Shown in pieces: positions 50,037 through 59,370 of a DNA stretch of 64,000 nt (position 1 is the stretch's first letter; the number at the start of each line of letters is the position of its first letter). This stretch comes from an archaeon (GTDB taxonomy: Archaea > Nanobdellota > Nanobdellia > Pacearchaeales > GW2011-AR1): positions 84,590-148,589 of the forward strand of contig JABHWZ010000002.1 in assembly GCA_018657525.1 (NCBI GenBank), in the 5' to 3' direction. Position numbers and translations under genes: made by a program. The notes beneath the pieces were generated by a model. It was not told where the DNA came from. It worked only from the letters and a program-made list of their open reading frames with translations, and did not search any database.

Positions 50037-50354
50037 ATGGAATCTCAAGAAAACATACAAGAATTACAATTATTAGAACAAAATATGCAAAACATTCTTT
50101 TTCAAAAACAAGCCTTTCAAATGGAGGTTGTAGAAAACGAATCCGCATTAAACGAGATTGAAAAAGCCGGAGACGACGTTTTCAAAATAATTGGACAATT
50201 AATGATTAAATCAGATAAAGAAAAAATAAAAAAAGAATTAGATGAAAAACAGCAACTTCTAAACTTAAGATTAAAATCTTTAGAAAAACAAGAATCCGAG
50301 TTCAAGGAACAATTAGAAAGCTTAAGAAAAGAAGTAATTGACACTAAAAAGTAA
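50037..50354 (+). CDS. pfdB: prefoldin beta subunit
   Basis: 105 aa: coiled coil, beta hairpin (VFKIIGQLMIKSDK), coiled coil. Confidence 0.8.
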   Translation: MESQENIQELQLLEQNMQNILFQKQAFQMEVVENESALNEIEKAGDDVFKIIGQLMIKSDKEKIKKELDEKQQLLNLRLKSLEKQESEFKEQLESLRKEVIDTKK

Positions 50355-50432
50355 TTCTTTCCCTCTAAGTAAACTAAATAATATATCTTAAACTTACGAA
50401 ATCTTTATAAATATCCACAATATAATTTTTCT

Positions 50433-50831
50433 ATGGTTTTCGATAAAATAAAAAGAGCATTCTCAAGTTCACTTGATGGAGAGGGAACAGACAACGAATA
50501 TTTAGAGATTGATTTAGATTCAGAAGAAAAAGAAACTAAGAAAGTTTTAGTTAAACTTTTTGTCTTAAAAGATTACAATGAGGTTAACGCGATTTTAAAT
50601 GTATTGAGGGAAGGTTATACGATTGCAGTAATTGACATTTCAGTTCTAAAGAAAAAAGACCCAATTGAATTAAAGCGGGCAATTTCTAAAATAAAAAAGA
50701 CAACTGAAGCTCTTGAAGGAAACATAGCAGGATTTTTAGAAAATACAGTAATAGTAACGCCGGCCTTCGCAAAAATTTCTAGAGAAGTCTTAACAGAAGT
50801 TTCTGAAGAGTCTAAAGATAGATTTAGATAA
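50433..50831 (+). CDS. sepF: SepF-like cell division protein (DUF552)
   Basis: An N-terminal amphipathic helix (MVFDKIKRAF), a linker, then the SepF core (KLFVLKDYNEVNAILNVLREGYTIAVIDIS...LEGNIAGFLENTVIVTP). Confidence 0.75.
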   Translation: MVFDKIKRAFSSSLDGEGTDNEYLEIDLDSEEKETKKVLVKLFVLKDYNEVNAILNVLREGYTIAVIDISVLKKKDPIELKRAISKIKKTTEALEGNIAGFLENTVIVTPAFAKISREVLTEVSEESKDRFR

Positions 50832-50836
50832 TTATA

Positions 50837-51325
50837 TTAATCCTTTTTATTCCATTTCACTAAGTATTTTGAATCTGCCTCTAATTTAAAAGAATCACAC
50901 CAAAGATGATAATCCGTTTTTACTATTGGAATTGAACATTCTCTATCTAAATCTCTATAGAGTGAATCAAATCTAGCCTCAATGAATTGCCTCAACTCTA
51001 AACTTGTCATATCAAGCTCTGCCGCACGTAATCCCATTAAAAATTTTTGATCTTGGAATCCAATTGAATCATATAATTTTTGATAATTTAATTCTCCTGA
51101 AGGAAGAGTTAAACATTCTCTTGCAACTTTCCCTAAATTACTGTAGCCCTTAATTTGATTCTTGAACCAGTCTACTTGAGACATATCTGAAAAACCAAAA
51201 CAAATTTGCCACCCTCCTCTTCCAACATATTGAACTTCCATTTTTCTTTGTCTTTTAATTTTACCTTCTTGAATTTGCCTAGCTATTTCTTCAGTTAATG
51301 TTGTTCCATTTTTTCGCTTTTCCAT
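50837..51325 (-). CDS. hypothetical protein (162 aa)
   Basis: ORF with no motif. Confidence 0.5.
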   Translation of the reverse strand: MEKRKNGTTLTEEIARQIQEGKIKRQRKMEVQYVGRGGWQICFGFSDMSQVDWFKNQIKGYSNLGKVARECLTLPSGELNYQKLYDSIGFQDQKFLMGLRAAELDMTSLELRQFIEARFDSLYRDLDRECSIPIVKTDYHLWCDSFKLEADSKYLVKWNKKD

Positions 51326-51385
51326 AAAATTCTCATCAGGTTTGGCTTTAAAAAACTTTATAATTCCCTCTTTCTTATTTTCTAC

Positions 51386-52006
51386 ATGAAAACATTGTTT
51401 ATTTCAGCAAAATCTAAAGCAAAGTTCAAACTTCCCAAATTTGAAAAACTTCCAAAAAATTTGGCAATTGCTTATTCAATTCAGTTTCAAAAACAAGCTC
51501 AAGAAATAAAAAAAATTCTAGAAAAAAATCACAAAATTACTTTTTTTAATCAAGTTCTCGGTTGCTCACTTCTTAATTTTTCCCAAAACACCGAAGGTGT
51601 TTTATTAATCGGACAAGGAAAATTCCATGCAACTGGTTTAGCAATTGAAACCAAATTGCCAGTTTATATTTTAGAGCAAAATAAAATTTCAAAAATTTCA
51701 AAAAAGGAAATTGAAATTTTATCCAAAAAACAAAAAGGAGCATATTTAAAATTCCTTCATGCCGAAAAGATCGGAATTTTAGTTTCAACAAAACCTGGTC
51801 AGCAAAACTTAAAAGCCGCAATTAAATTTCAAAATAAATTGCAAAGTTCTGGGGCAAAAAAAGATTCCTATTTGTTTATCGCTAACGACCTTGACATCGC
51901 TGAATTTGAAAACTTTCCGCAAATACGATCATGGGTAAATACTTCTTGTAGACGAATGGACATGGCGAGTTCTTCAATTATTAATCTAGATAAAATTCCA
52001 AAATAA
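51386..52006 (+). CDS. dph2: Dph2-like diphthamide synthesis protein, N-terminally truncated (domains 2-3 only)
   Basis: QVLGC, LLIGQGKFHATGLA, KIGILVSTKPGQ and NTSCRR align from memory with the QVLGC / LFIGSGIFHPLGLA / KFGVIVSIKKGQ / ACPR blocks of Pyrococcus Dph2. It is only 206 aa versus about 340. Confidence 0.6.
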   Translation: MKTLFISAKSKAKFKLPKFEKLPKNLAIAYSIQFQKQAQEIKKILEKNHKITFFNQVLGCSLLNFSQNTEGVLLIGQGKFHATGLAIETKLPVYILEQNKISKISKKEIEILSKKQKGAYLKFLHAEKIGILVSTKPGQQNLKAAIKFQNKLQSSGAKKDSYLFIANDLDIAEFENFPQIRSWVNTSCRRMDMASSSIINLDKIPK

Positions 52007-52043
52007 AGAAAGACTTAAAAACATCTAATTCAAAATTTTTTTT

Positions 52044-52427
52044 ATGAATGTTTTAATATTAGATAGAAGATTAGACCCAGCAAAGAATAGTAATGGCGAA
52101 ATAGAAAAACGTCAAGAATGGATTTCAGATGTATTTCACCGTTTGATTGAGGGAGAATATTCAATTAAGAGAACATATTCATTACATCAATTAGAAGAAG
52201 AACCACCTCATTCTTTAGAAAATTATCAAGCAATTATAGCTCATCCCTATGCAAGAGATTATCGTTCATTATTCAGGGTAGCTAAGAGTAATCCTCTTTT
52301 AAAAGTAATAATGTATGGGGATTATACGTTCGAAGATCAAATTGATGCAGAGGAATATTCCCCAAATATCACTCTATTATTGGAAGGAGTTTGGTCGGAT
52401 GAATTATTGGAGATATTAGAAAAATAG
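52044..52427 (+). CDS. hypothetical protein (127 aa)
   Basis: ORF with no motif. Confidence 0.5.
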   Translation: MNVLILDRRLDPAKNSNGEIEKRQEWISDVFHRLIEGEYSIKRTYSLHQLEEEPPHSLENYQAIIAHPYARDYRSLFRVAKSNPLLKVIMYGDYTFEDQIDAEEYSPNITLLLEGVWSDELLEILEK

Positions 52428-52469
52428 AATAATCAAAAACTTTTTAAATGTCTTTTTTCAAAAAATTAT

Positions 52470-52691
52470 ATGGCACACATCAAAGACGCGCGAACCCCAA
52501 AACATTTGGTTTGTTATATTATAGAAAGGGAACCTTACAAAATTCAAACTACTTATGGGAGTTTAAATTTGCCAGAGGATTTAGTACCGAGCGAGTTAAG
52601 AGAAAATCAAGATAAAGACAATTTCAGAGCGAAAGTTACTGCTGATCTAAAAGCAAAAGAAATCACATCACTTATTTTCGAAAGTTTTTGA
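52470..52691 (+). CDS. hypothetical protein (73 aa)
   Basis: Short ORF with its own TATA-like element. Confidence 0.4.
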   Translation: MAHIKDARTPKHLVCYIIEREPYKIQTTYGSLNLPEDLVPSELRENQDKDNFRAKVTADLKAKEITSLIFESF

Positions 52692-52717
52692 AAAATATTA
52701 ATTCTTTAATTTCATCT

Positions 52718-53104
52718 CTAAATATTAGCAATATTGAAAACTGTTTTCAAAGCTACTATTATTGTAGCCGGAACAAATAATGCTAAAAGCGCACCAAAGA
52801 TAGAACTAACGATTCCTCCAACTCCAATGCCGATTAATGAACCCTGCACACTGTCCATACCAAATCTACTAACAATAACTAAAATAGTTCCAGCAATTAA
52901 AAAGTTCTGTGACTCGCGCCCTCCAACATTCATGAATCCCACAACAAGCCCCAATAAAACAAGCACTCCATAAACCTGCGCACTATAACGCGTCAAAAAC
53001 GGAATAGAAACAAGCGAACTCGAAAGCCCAATTACAATTGCAAGAATCACACCCAGCAAAAACGCCCATGCACCAATAACATTTTCCCGCGCTCTAATCA
53101 CCAT
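52718..53104 (-). CDS. hypothetical integral membrane protein (128 aa, 4 TM)
   Basis: Four Gly/Val/Ile-rich hydrophobic helices. Confidence 0.55.
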   Translation of the reverse strand: MVIRARENVIGAWAFLLGVILAIVIGLSSSLVSIPFLTRYSAQVYGVLVLLGLVVGFMNVGGRESQNFLIAGTILVIVSRFGMDSVQGSLIGIGVGGIVSSIFGALLALFVPATIIVALKTVFNIANI

Positions 53105-53212
53105 TTTCCTCGACCAAATAAAATCTACTAATTATATAAATGTTTCTTTTATTTTCAAGATTATGACTTTTTTAATATAAACATTTAAATATCTGAACCT
53201 AATCGCTTTTTT

Positions 53213-53863
53213 ATGGCCCAAAAAACTTTAGCATATAATGAACCCAGATTTGGAATGTTTGGAGTGAAAGAAGCAGCAGTTAGAGAGTTTATTCTTAATG
53301 GCAATAGCCAAGCAGAAAATTCTGAGCTAGATTTATTTGTGGGTGATGCTATGGATTCAAAAAAGGTAGATCCAGATGCTTTAGAAAGGGATTTTGACAG
53401 AGTCAATCAAAGATTTGGAAAAATATTAGTCGCAGTTCGAGATTTGAATCCTGATACGTTCAGAAAGGACAGATATAATTTCATTAATACTTTATATCAA
53501 AAACATCCAAATAATGAATTCAGATTAGTTTATGCTCAAGATAGTTTTGAGGTTACTCCACATCTTCCAAAATTACCCAATTTCGAAGCTTGCTTTGAAC
53601 AAGATTCACGCTCATGGGCAAAATGCTGGTTAGAGCAACAGGAAATAGTAAAGATACCTTCTGCATTATTACATTTTTCTTATCAACGTGGAGCAGATGA
53701 AACATCCAGACAGGGTGCAGCAAATGTTTGGCATGGACTCCTAGATTGCGTTCCATCTTTACCTGAAGTATTTATAAGATACTTTTCTCCAGGTTGGAAG
53801 GATGCAGATCACGAACACCCTCTGGCTAAAATGACCGTAGAGGATTGGATAGAATTCATGTAA
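53213..53863 (+). CDS. hypothetical protein (216 aa)
   Basis: ORF with no motif. Confidence 0.5.
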   Translation: MAQKTLAYNEPRFGMFGVKEAAVREFILNGNSQAENSELDLFVGDAMDSKKVDPDALERDFDRVNQRFGKILVAVRDLNPDTFRKDRYNFINTLYQKHPNNEFRLVYAQDSFEVTPHLPKLPNFEACFEQDSRSWAKCWLEQQEIVKIPSALLHFSYQRGADETSRQGAANVWHGLLDCVPSLPEVFIRYFSPGWKDADHEHPLAKMTVEDWIEFM

Positions 53864-53965
53864 TAATCCTTTCTGTATAATATAACCGCGCTCTTTTACT
53901 CATAACCTATATTCTAAAAAACAGAAATCTTTATAAACCATTAGTAACTCCGAAATTACAACAAG

Positions 53966-55918
53966 ATGAAAAACAAAATATTCAACTTAATGTTCGTGAG
54001 CGTTTTCGCAGTAATTCTTTTAGCTGGAATGGCTAGTGCAGCGGGGTTAAATTTTGTGGATGTTGAGTATTCTTCAACAGGAGACCACAATTCAGATTTA
54101 GAAGTTAAATTTAAATTACAAAATGAAATTTCAAATGGTTATGATATTTCAAATATTATTTTAGACTTTGATTTAGTTGCAGATGGAACATGGTCTCTGC
54201 CTTCTACAAGCGGATTAGATTTGGCTTCTGGAGAAGAGTCTTCATTATTAACTGCCACTCTTACTATACCAGAGAATAAAAATGCAGGAGACTATTCAGG
54301 AGAGTTAGGAGGAACATGTGAATATTCATCTTCAACAGGAAGTTCTAGAACAATTAATGATCATACTATTGATATCTCAATAAACCCCGCACCTTCTTTA
54401 ACAATCTCAAACGGAGAAGACGCATTAACAGAAGCAGACAAGGATACAACAATCACAATAACAAATGATGGAAACGTAGACTTAACAGGAATTGAATTAA
54501 TAGCATCAACAGAAGATTTCGATGTTACATTTAATTTAAATGATTTTGATTTAGCTGCTGGAGCAACAAAAGATGTAACAGTAACATTAAACGAAGACTA
54601 CGACGAAATATTTGGAGGCTCAGTTTCAATCACAGCTGAAGAATCAACAAACAACTTATCAGATACAGGCTCAGTTAATTATCAAGGAGACTTCTGCGAA
54701 GAAGTTGCAAATTTAGAAGACTTAGGAATAACAATCGAAGAAATAAATATTAAAGAAGGATTCGGAGAGGATGACGAATATGTTTACCCTTTCGACGAAG
54801 TAGAAGTTGAAATCACAATTGAACCAGGAAGATATGACATTCAAAAAATCGAAGTTGAGTGGGAATTATACACATTAGACGGAGAAAAAATCGCAGACGA
54901 TACTGAATCAAAATTCAACTTAGATGAAGATGACAGTGACAAAGAAATGATTATAAGATTCAAATTAGACGAAAGCTTAAATGATTTAGAAGGACAAGAC
55001 AAATTAAGACTTTTCGTAAGAGCAAAAGGTAAAGTCGACGACTCAGATTCAAGCAACGATAACGAAGATACTTGTGTTTCAGCTTACGAAGATATAGATG
55101 TTATCACAGACGACACTTTCATGGTTTTAGATAACATAGAATTTAGTGCAGATTCAGTTTCATGTGGAACAGACTTAACAATCACAGCAGAGTTATGGAA
55201 CATTGGAGATGAAAAACAAGAAGACATAACAGTTTTAATTTACAACTCAGAATTAGGAATAAGCAAAGAAGTTGAATTTGATGACGTAAGCGCATTTGAC
55301 AGCGAAGATTTAAACGCAGTAATCACAATACCTGAAAACGCAGTCGGAAAAATTTACGAATTGCAATTCAGAATATACGATGAAGACAATGACATTTACG
55401 AAACAAGCGAAGAGGAAGACACAGCAATATTCAAAGAACTTTTAACAGTTTCAGGAAGTTGCGCTTTATCTTCAACTCCAACTATTTCAGCAAGTTTAGA
55501 ATCAGATGCTCAAGCAGGAAAATCTTTGGTAGTTAAAACTACAATTGTAAATCCTGGAACAGAATTAGCAACTTACATTATCAAAGCAGCAGGTTACGCT
55601 GACTGGGCTGAATCAGCTGAGTTCGATTCTTCAACAGTTGTTTTAGAAGCCGGAGCAACTAAAGAATTAGAATTAACTTTCGAAGTAAAGAAAGACGCCG
55701 CAGGCGATGAAACTTTCGAGATCGAAGTTTATTCAGGAACAGATTTAGTATTAAAACAACCAGTTTCAATCACAATTACAAAAGCATCAGGATTTTTCGC
55801 TAGAATAACAGGCAACGTGGTCGGCGGAAACAGCTGGTACTTATGGGCAATCGGAGCACTAAATGTAGTCTTAGTTCTAGTAATAATCATAGTAGCTCTA
55901 AGAATCGCAAAGAGTTAA
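53966..55918 (+). CDS. very acidic secreted surface protein with repeated CARDB-like domains and a C-terminal TM anchor
   Basis: Signal peptide (MKNKIFNLMFVSVFAVILLAGMASA). Repeated x-I-T-N-x-G-type beta-sandwich signatures (ITITNDGNVDLTG, AELWNIGDEKQED, TIVNPGTELAT). C-terminal WYLWAIGALNVVLVLVIIIVALRIAKS. Confidence 0.7.
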   Translation: MKNKIFNLMFVSVFAVILLAGMASAAGLNFVDVEYSSTGDHNSDLEVKFKLQNEISNGYDISNIILDFDLVADGTWSLPSTSGLDLASGEESSLLTATLTIPENKNAGDYSGELGGTCEYSSSTGSSRTINDHTIDISINPAPSLTISNGEDALTEADKDTTITITNDGNVDLTGIELIASTEDFDVTFNLNDFDLAAGATKDVTVTLNEDYDEIFGGSVSITAEESTNNLSDTGSVNYQGDFCEEVANLEDLGITIEEINIKEGFGEDDEYVYPFDEVEVEITIEPGRYDIQKIEVEWELYTLDGEKIADDTESKFNLDEDDSDKEMIIRFKLDESLNDLEGQDKLRLFVRAKGKVDDSDSSNDNEDTCVSAYEDIDVITDDTFMVLDNIEFSADSVSCGTDLTITAELWNIGDEKQEDITVLIYNSELGISKEVEFDDVSAFDSEDLNAVITIPENAVGKIYELQFRIYDEDNDIYETSEEEDTAIFKELLTVSGSCALSSTPTISASLESDAQAGKSLVVKTTIVNPGTELATYIIKAAGYADWAESAEFDSSTVVLEAGATKELELTFEVKKDAAGDETFEIEVYSGTDLVLKQPVSITITKASGFFARITGNVVGGNSWYLWAIGALNVVLVLVIIIVALRIAKS

Positions 55919-55919
55919 A

Positions 55920-56285
55920 ATGGCATTTTTTCTACCTAAATGTATTCCTGATTATCGATTTTCAGATAAGTGGGTTCAATATTTACCTTTAATTGGAATT
56001 CCTGCAGAACTAAGGGGAAGGAGGAAAAAGAGAAATAGAATTGCAACTGATGTACAATCAGTTTCAGGAATTGCTGGGATGTTTGGAGCAGTATTGCTAT
56101 TGACTTCTTCTTTAAAAATGCCACAGACAAATCAACAATACAATCAAGCAATCACAGAAGGTTTACCTCCTGCAACTTATGAGGAAGTTCAATCTATCTC
56201 TCGAGAAAGATGGGTAAGAAAACTTGACGAATCAGATTATACTGCAGATGAAATTAGAGAATTCGTTAAAGGAGAAAGAGATTAA
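55920..56285 (+). CDS. small single-TM protein, paralog 1 of a tandem triplet (121 aa)
   Basis: Shares the C-terminal block NQQYNQ..EGLPPATYEEVQSISRERWVRKL.ESDYTADEIRE with the next two genes. It starts 1 nt after the surface-protein gene. Confidence 0.65.
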   Translation: MAFFLPKCIPDYRFSDKWVQYLPLIGIPAELRGRRKKRNRIATDVQSVSGIAGMFGAVLLLTSSLKMPQTNQQYNQAITEGLPPATYEEVQSISRERWVRKLDESDYTADEIREFVKGERD

Positions 56286-56286
56286 A

Positions 56287-56661
56287 ATGAAATCACTCCA
56301 TAATTTTATAACAAAAAAATTTCCAGATGAATGGGCACAATTGGTCCCAATTTATGGGATTCCAGCAGCGACTAGGGTTGGTGATTCATTGACTGTGAAA
56401 AGTGTTCTTACCTCAGTAATCCAATTGGCTTCAGTAGTTACAGGGGTTATTGGTTTAACTTTAACTAGTTTTGCGATTAATGATATGCCTAAGACAAATC
56501 AACAATACAATCAACTCCTCCAAGAAGGTTTACCTCCCGCTCCTTACGAACAAGTCCAATCTATCTCTCGAGAAAGATGGGTAAGAAAACTTAATGAATC
56601 AGATTATACAACTGAAGAAATTAGAGAACTAGTTAGAGGCAAATATGGAGAAAAGGAATAA
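56287..56661 (+). CDS. small single-TM protein, paralog 2 (124 aa)
   Basis: ATG at 56287, 1 nt after the paralog 1 stop. The N-terminal FPDEWAQLVPIYGIPAA block is shared with paralog 3. Confidence 0.65.
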   Translation: MKSLHNFITKKFPDEWAQLVPIYGIPAATRVGDSLTVKSVLTSVIQLASVVTGVIGLTLTSFAINDMPKTNQQYNQLLQEGLPPAPYEQVQSISRERWVRKLNESDYTTEEIRELVRGKYGEKE

Positions 56662-56662
56662 A

Positions 56663-57028
56663 ATGAAATTATACAATTTTCTAACAAAAAAAGTTCCAGA
56701 TGAATGGGCACAATTGGTCCCAATTTATGGGATTCCAGCAGCGAATAAGGTTGGTAGTGCATTGACTGTGAAAAGTGTTCTTGCCCCAGTAATCCAAATT
56801 TGTTCAGTAGTTACAGGGGTTATTGGTTTAAGTTTAATGTTAACTGGTTTTGTGCTTAATGATAGACCTAAAGATAATCAAAGATATAATCAACTTTTGA
56901 ATGAAGGTTTACCTCCTGCAACTTATGAAGAAGTTCAATCTATCTCTCGAGAAAGATGGTTAAAAAAACTTAACGAATCAGATTATTCCGCAGATGAAAT
57001 TAGAGAACTAGTTAGAGAAAGAGATTAA
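56663..57028 (+). CDS. small single-TM protein, paralog 3 (121 aa)
   Basis: ATG at 56663, 1 nt after the paralog 2 stop. Confidence 0.65.
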   Translation: MKLYNFLTKKVPDEWAQLVPIYGIPAANKVGSALTVKSVLAPVIQICSVVTGVIGLSLMLTGFVLNDRPKDNQRYNQLLNEGLPPATYEEVQSISRERWLKKLNESDYSADEIRELVRERD

Positions 57029-57029
57029 A

Positions 57030-57356
57030 ATGACATTATATAAATCTTTAAAAAACACAGGAAGAGCATTGGCCTTAAGTGGATTAATTACTTTGGCTGG
57101 TTGCAGTAAACCAGAAACTCCTGAAGAAGAACCAGACAGATTAACTCGAACTTTGGAAGTTGGAAAGAAAACTTTTAAAGGAGTAAGTTATAATGGGCTG
57201 ACACGAGATAATACCTTTTCAGTGAGTGAGAACACACATAATACTACTATCTTTCTTCCAAGAGATACAAATAATTTTCAATACAGGCACCAAAAATTTA
57301 AAGTTTTAAAATTAACCCCCAAATCAATAACTTTAAGATTAATAGAACCTTACTAA
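57030..57356 (+). CDS. putative lipoprotein (108 aa)
   Basis: Signal sequence ending in the lipobox-like LAGC; 1-nt gap after paralog 3. Confidence 0.5.
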   Translation: MTLYKSLKNTGRALALSGLITLAGCSKPETPEEEPDRLTRTLEVGKKTFKGVSYNGLTRDNTFSVSENTHNTTIFLPRDTNNFQYRHQKFKVLKLTPKSITLRLIEPY

Positions 57357-57400
57357 CCAAACTTCCCAAATTATTTAAACCTTTCAAAGTTTATTTTTCT

Positions 57401-57916
57401 ATGAAAAAACAAATCACAAATATTTTCATTAGATATTTAATTTTACTTTTAGTTGCAATCCCAAACCTTTATTTATTTTATAAAATTTTCACCCCTCTAA
57501 CTCTTTATTCAGTTTATTTTATCTTAGACATTTTCTTTGAACCCGGTTTAATTTTAAATATGATTTACCTCCCTTTTCTTAAACTTCCTGTCGTTTTAAT
57601 TCCTGCTTGCATAGCTGGCTCAGCCTACTATCTTTTATTAATCCTAAATCTTTCAATTTCAAATATAAAAATAAAAAAAAGAATCACCATGATTCTTTAC
57701 GCATTTGCCGCACTTTTAATTTTCAATATTTTAAGAATTTTCTTTTTAATTCTCCTAGCAGATTCTTCAATGTTCGAAATAACTCATAAGTTTTTTTGGT
57801 ATTTTCTTAGCACAATTTTCGTAGTTTTAATTTGGTTCTCTGAAGTTAAACTTTTTAAAATAAAACAAATCCCATTTTACTCAGATTTTAAATTTTTATA
57901 TAAACAAACAAAATGA
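57401..57916 (+). CDS. exosortase/archaeosortase-family membrane protein (short form)
   Basis: Polytopic, with candidate catalytic residues in the family-typical order: Cys in IPACIAGS, Arg in FNILRIFF, His in EITHKFFW. Confidence 0.5.
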   Translation: MKKQITNIFIRYLILLLVAIPNLYLFYKIFTPLTLYSVYFILDIFFEPGLILNMIYLPFLKLPVVLIPACIAGSAYYLLLILNLSISNIKIKKRITMILYAFAALLIFNILRIFFLILLADSSMFEITHKFFWYFLSTIFVVLIWFSEVKLFKIKQIPFYSDFKFLYKQTK

Positions 57917-58539
57917 TCTTTGATTTATTTTATAGCTTCATTGCAACAATTGTTTCCTTAGTGCAAAGCTCAGGTTATCTAGGAATATTTTTAGGAATGA
58001 CAATTGAAAGTTCTTTTATTCCCTTCCCGAGCGAGGTTATATTAATTCCGGCCGGAGCCTTAAGTGCAAGTGGACAAATGTCTTTCAGTTTAGTTTTGCT
58101 AGCAGGAATCTTCGGAAGTTTACTTGGAGCTCTCATTAATTATTTTTTAGCACTTTATCTTGGTAGAAATACAATTGATTTTTTAATTTCAAAATACGGA
58201 AAGTTAATGCTTTTAGATAATAAAAAATTAAAAAAAACAGATACTTTCTTCAACAAGCATGGAGATATAACAACTTTTACTGGAAGACTCATCCCTGTGA
58301 TTCGTCAGTTAATCTCACTTCCCGCAGGTTTCTCTAAAATGAATCTCACAAAATTCATATTCTTTACCTCACTCGGCGCAGGAATATGGTCGTTTATTTT
58401 AGTTTACATTGGATATTTATTTGGAAATAATTTAGAATGGTTACATGCAAACAAAAATTTATTAACTATCTCAATGATTTTATTATCCGGAATAATTATA
58501 ATTGGATATTTAGTTTACAAAAGAAAAATTAAATTATGA
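57913..58539 (+). CDS. DedA/VTT-domain (SNARE-associated) membrane protein
   Basis: GYLGIFLGMTIESSFIPFPSEVILIPAGAL and ...TGRLIPVIRQLISLPAG are DedA signatures. Confidence 0.85.
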   Translation: MIFDLFYSFIATIVSLVQSSGYLGIFLGMTIESSFIPFPSEVILIPAGALSASGQMSFSLVLLAGIFGSLLGALINYFLALYLGRNTIDFLISKYGKLMLLDNKKLKKTDTFFNKHGDITTFTGRLIPVIRQLISLPAGFSKMNLTKFIFFTSLGAGIWSFILVYIGYLFGNNLEWLHANKNLLTISMILLSGIIIIGYLVYKRKIKL

Positions 58540-58554
58540 TTTTAGAATTTTTAA

Positions 58555-59283
58555 TTAAATTATAGAAAGAGCTTCAGTAATAAATTTTTCAGTTACTTCT
58601 AAAATTTCACAATCACTTACATGAAATGTGTAACAACTAATGCCATTTTGTTCTATCTTACTTTCTTCCCCTTCAACAATATTTATGAAAGTGTACCGAT
58701 TTTCCTCGTCGCAAATTGCTTCTGGATCTTCCATAATTGTTGCTCCTAGATATGTAAAAAATTCATTGAACACATGATTTGCAAGAACTCCCTTCCCTTC
58801 ACATTGAAAATCTCCAGTGCTATTCAAAACAATCGCTTTATCGACGACTAACTCTCCACTAAATGGAATATCAATTTCATTTTTCCGTGGATCATTTCTT
58901 AAATAAAGATTATAATTCACAAGTTTTCCTTGATAAGATATTGGGAAACTTGTATGATAAAACTTAATCCCTTTTTCATCAAGAATTTCAAAATCTCTTT
59001 CTTGGTATTCAAAATGTTTAATCGCTTGCATCGAAAAATAAGTAATTAAAAAAATACCAATTATCCCCCCAATAATTATTAAAACCCCCCAAAGAATTTT
59101 ATTCTCTTTTTGAATTTGCCCTTTATTTACCTCTGGAATTTCCTGTTCACCACAAGCTTTTTCTAATTTTTCTTTTCCGCCTTTTTTAACCTCAAAAGTT
59201 TCACAAACCTTTGCCCCAGAATTCAGATTTTTGGGGTACACCGAGCGGTGAGTTTTTTCTTCACTTTCTTTCTTTTTTACCAT
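58555..59283 (-). CDS. hypothetical membrane-anchored extracytoplasmic protein (242 aa)
   Basis: A basic N-terminus, one TM helix (ILWGVLIIIGGIIGIFLITYF), then a Cys-containing globular domain. Confidence 0.5.
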   Translation of the reverse strand: MVKKKESEEKTHRSVYPKNLNSGAKVCETFEVKKGGKEKLEKACGEQEIPEVNKGQIQKENKILWGVLIIIGGIIGIFLITYFSMQAIKHFEYQERDFEILDEKGIKFYHTSFPISYQGKLVNYNLYLRNDPRKNEIDIPFSGELVVDKAIVLNSTGDFQCEGKGVLANHVFNEFFTYLGATIMEDPEAICDEENRYTFINIVEGEESKIEQNGISCYTFHVSDCEILEVTEKFITEALSII

Positions 59284-59370
59284 TTTAATTTATTGTATTC
59301 CGGGTTTTTAAACTTTATTCATTTTATCTAATAAAATGAATAAAGAGAAATTATATTTAAGAATTTCACT

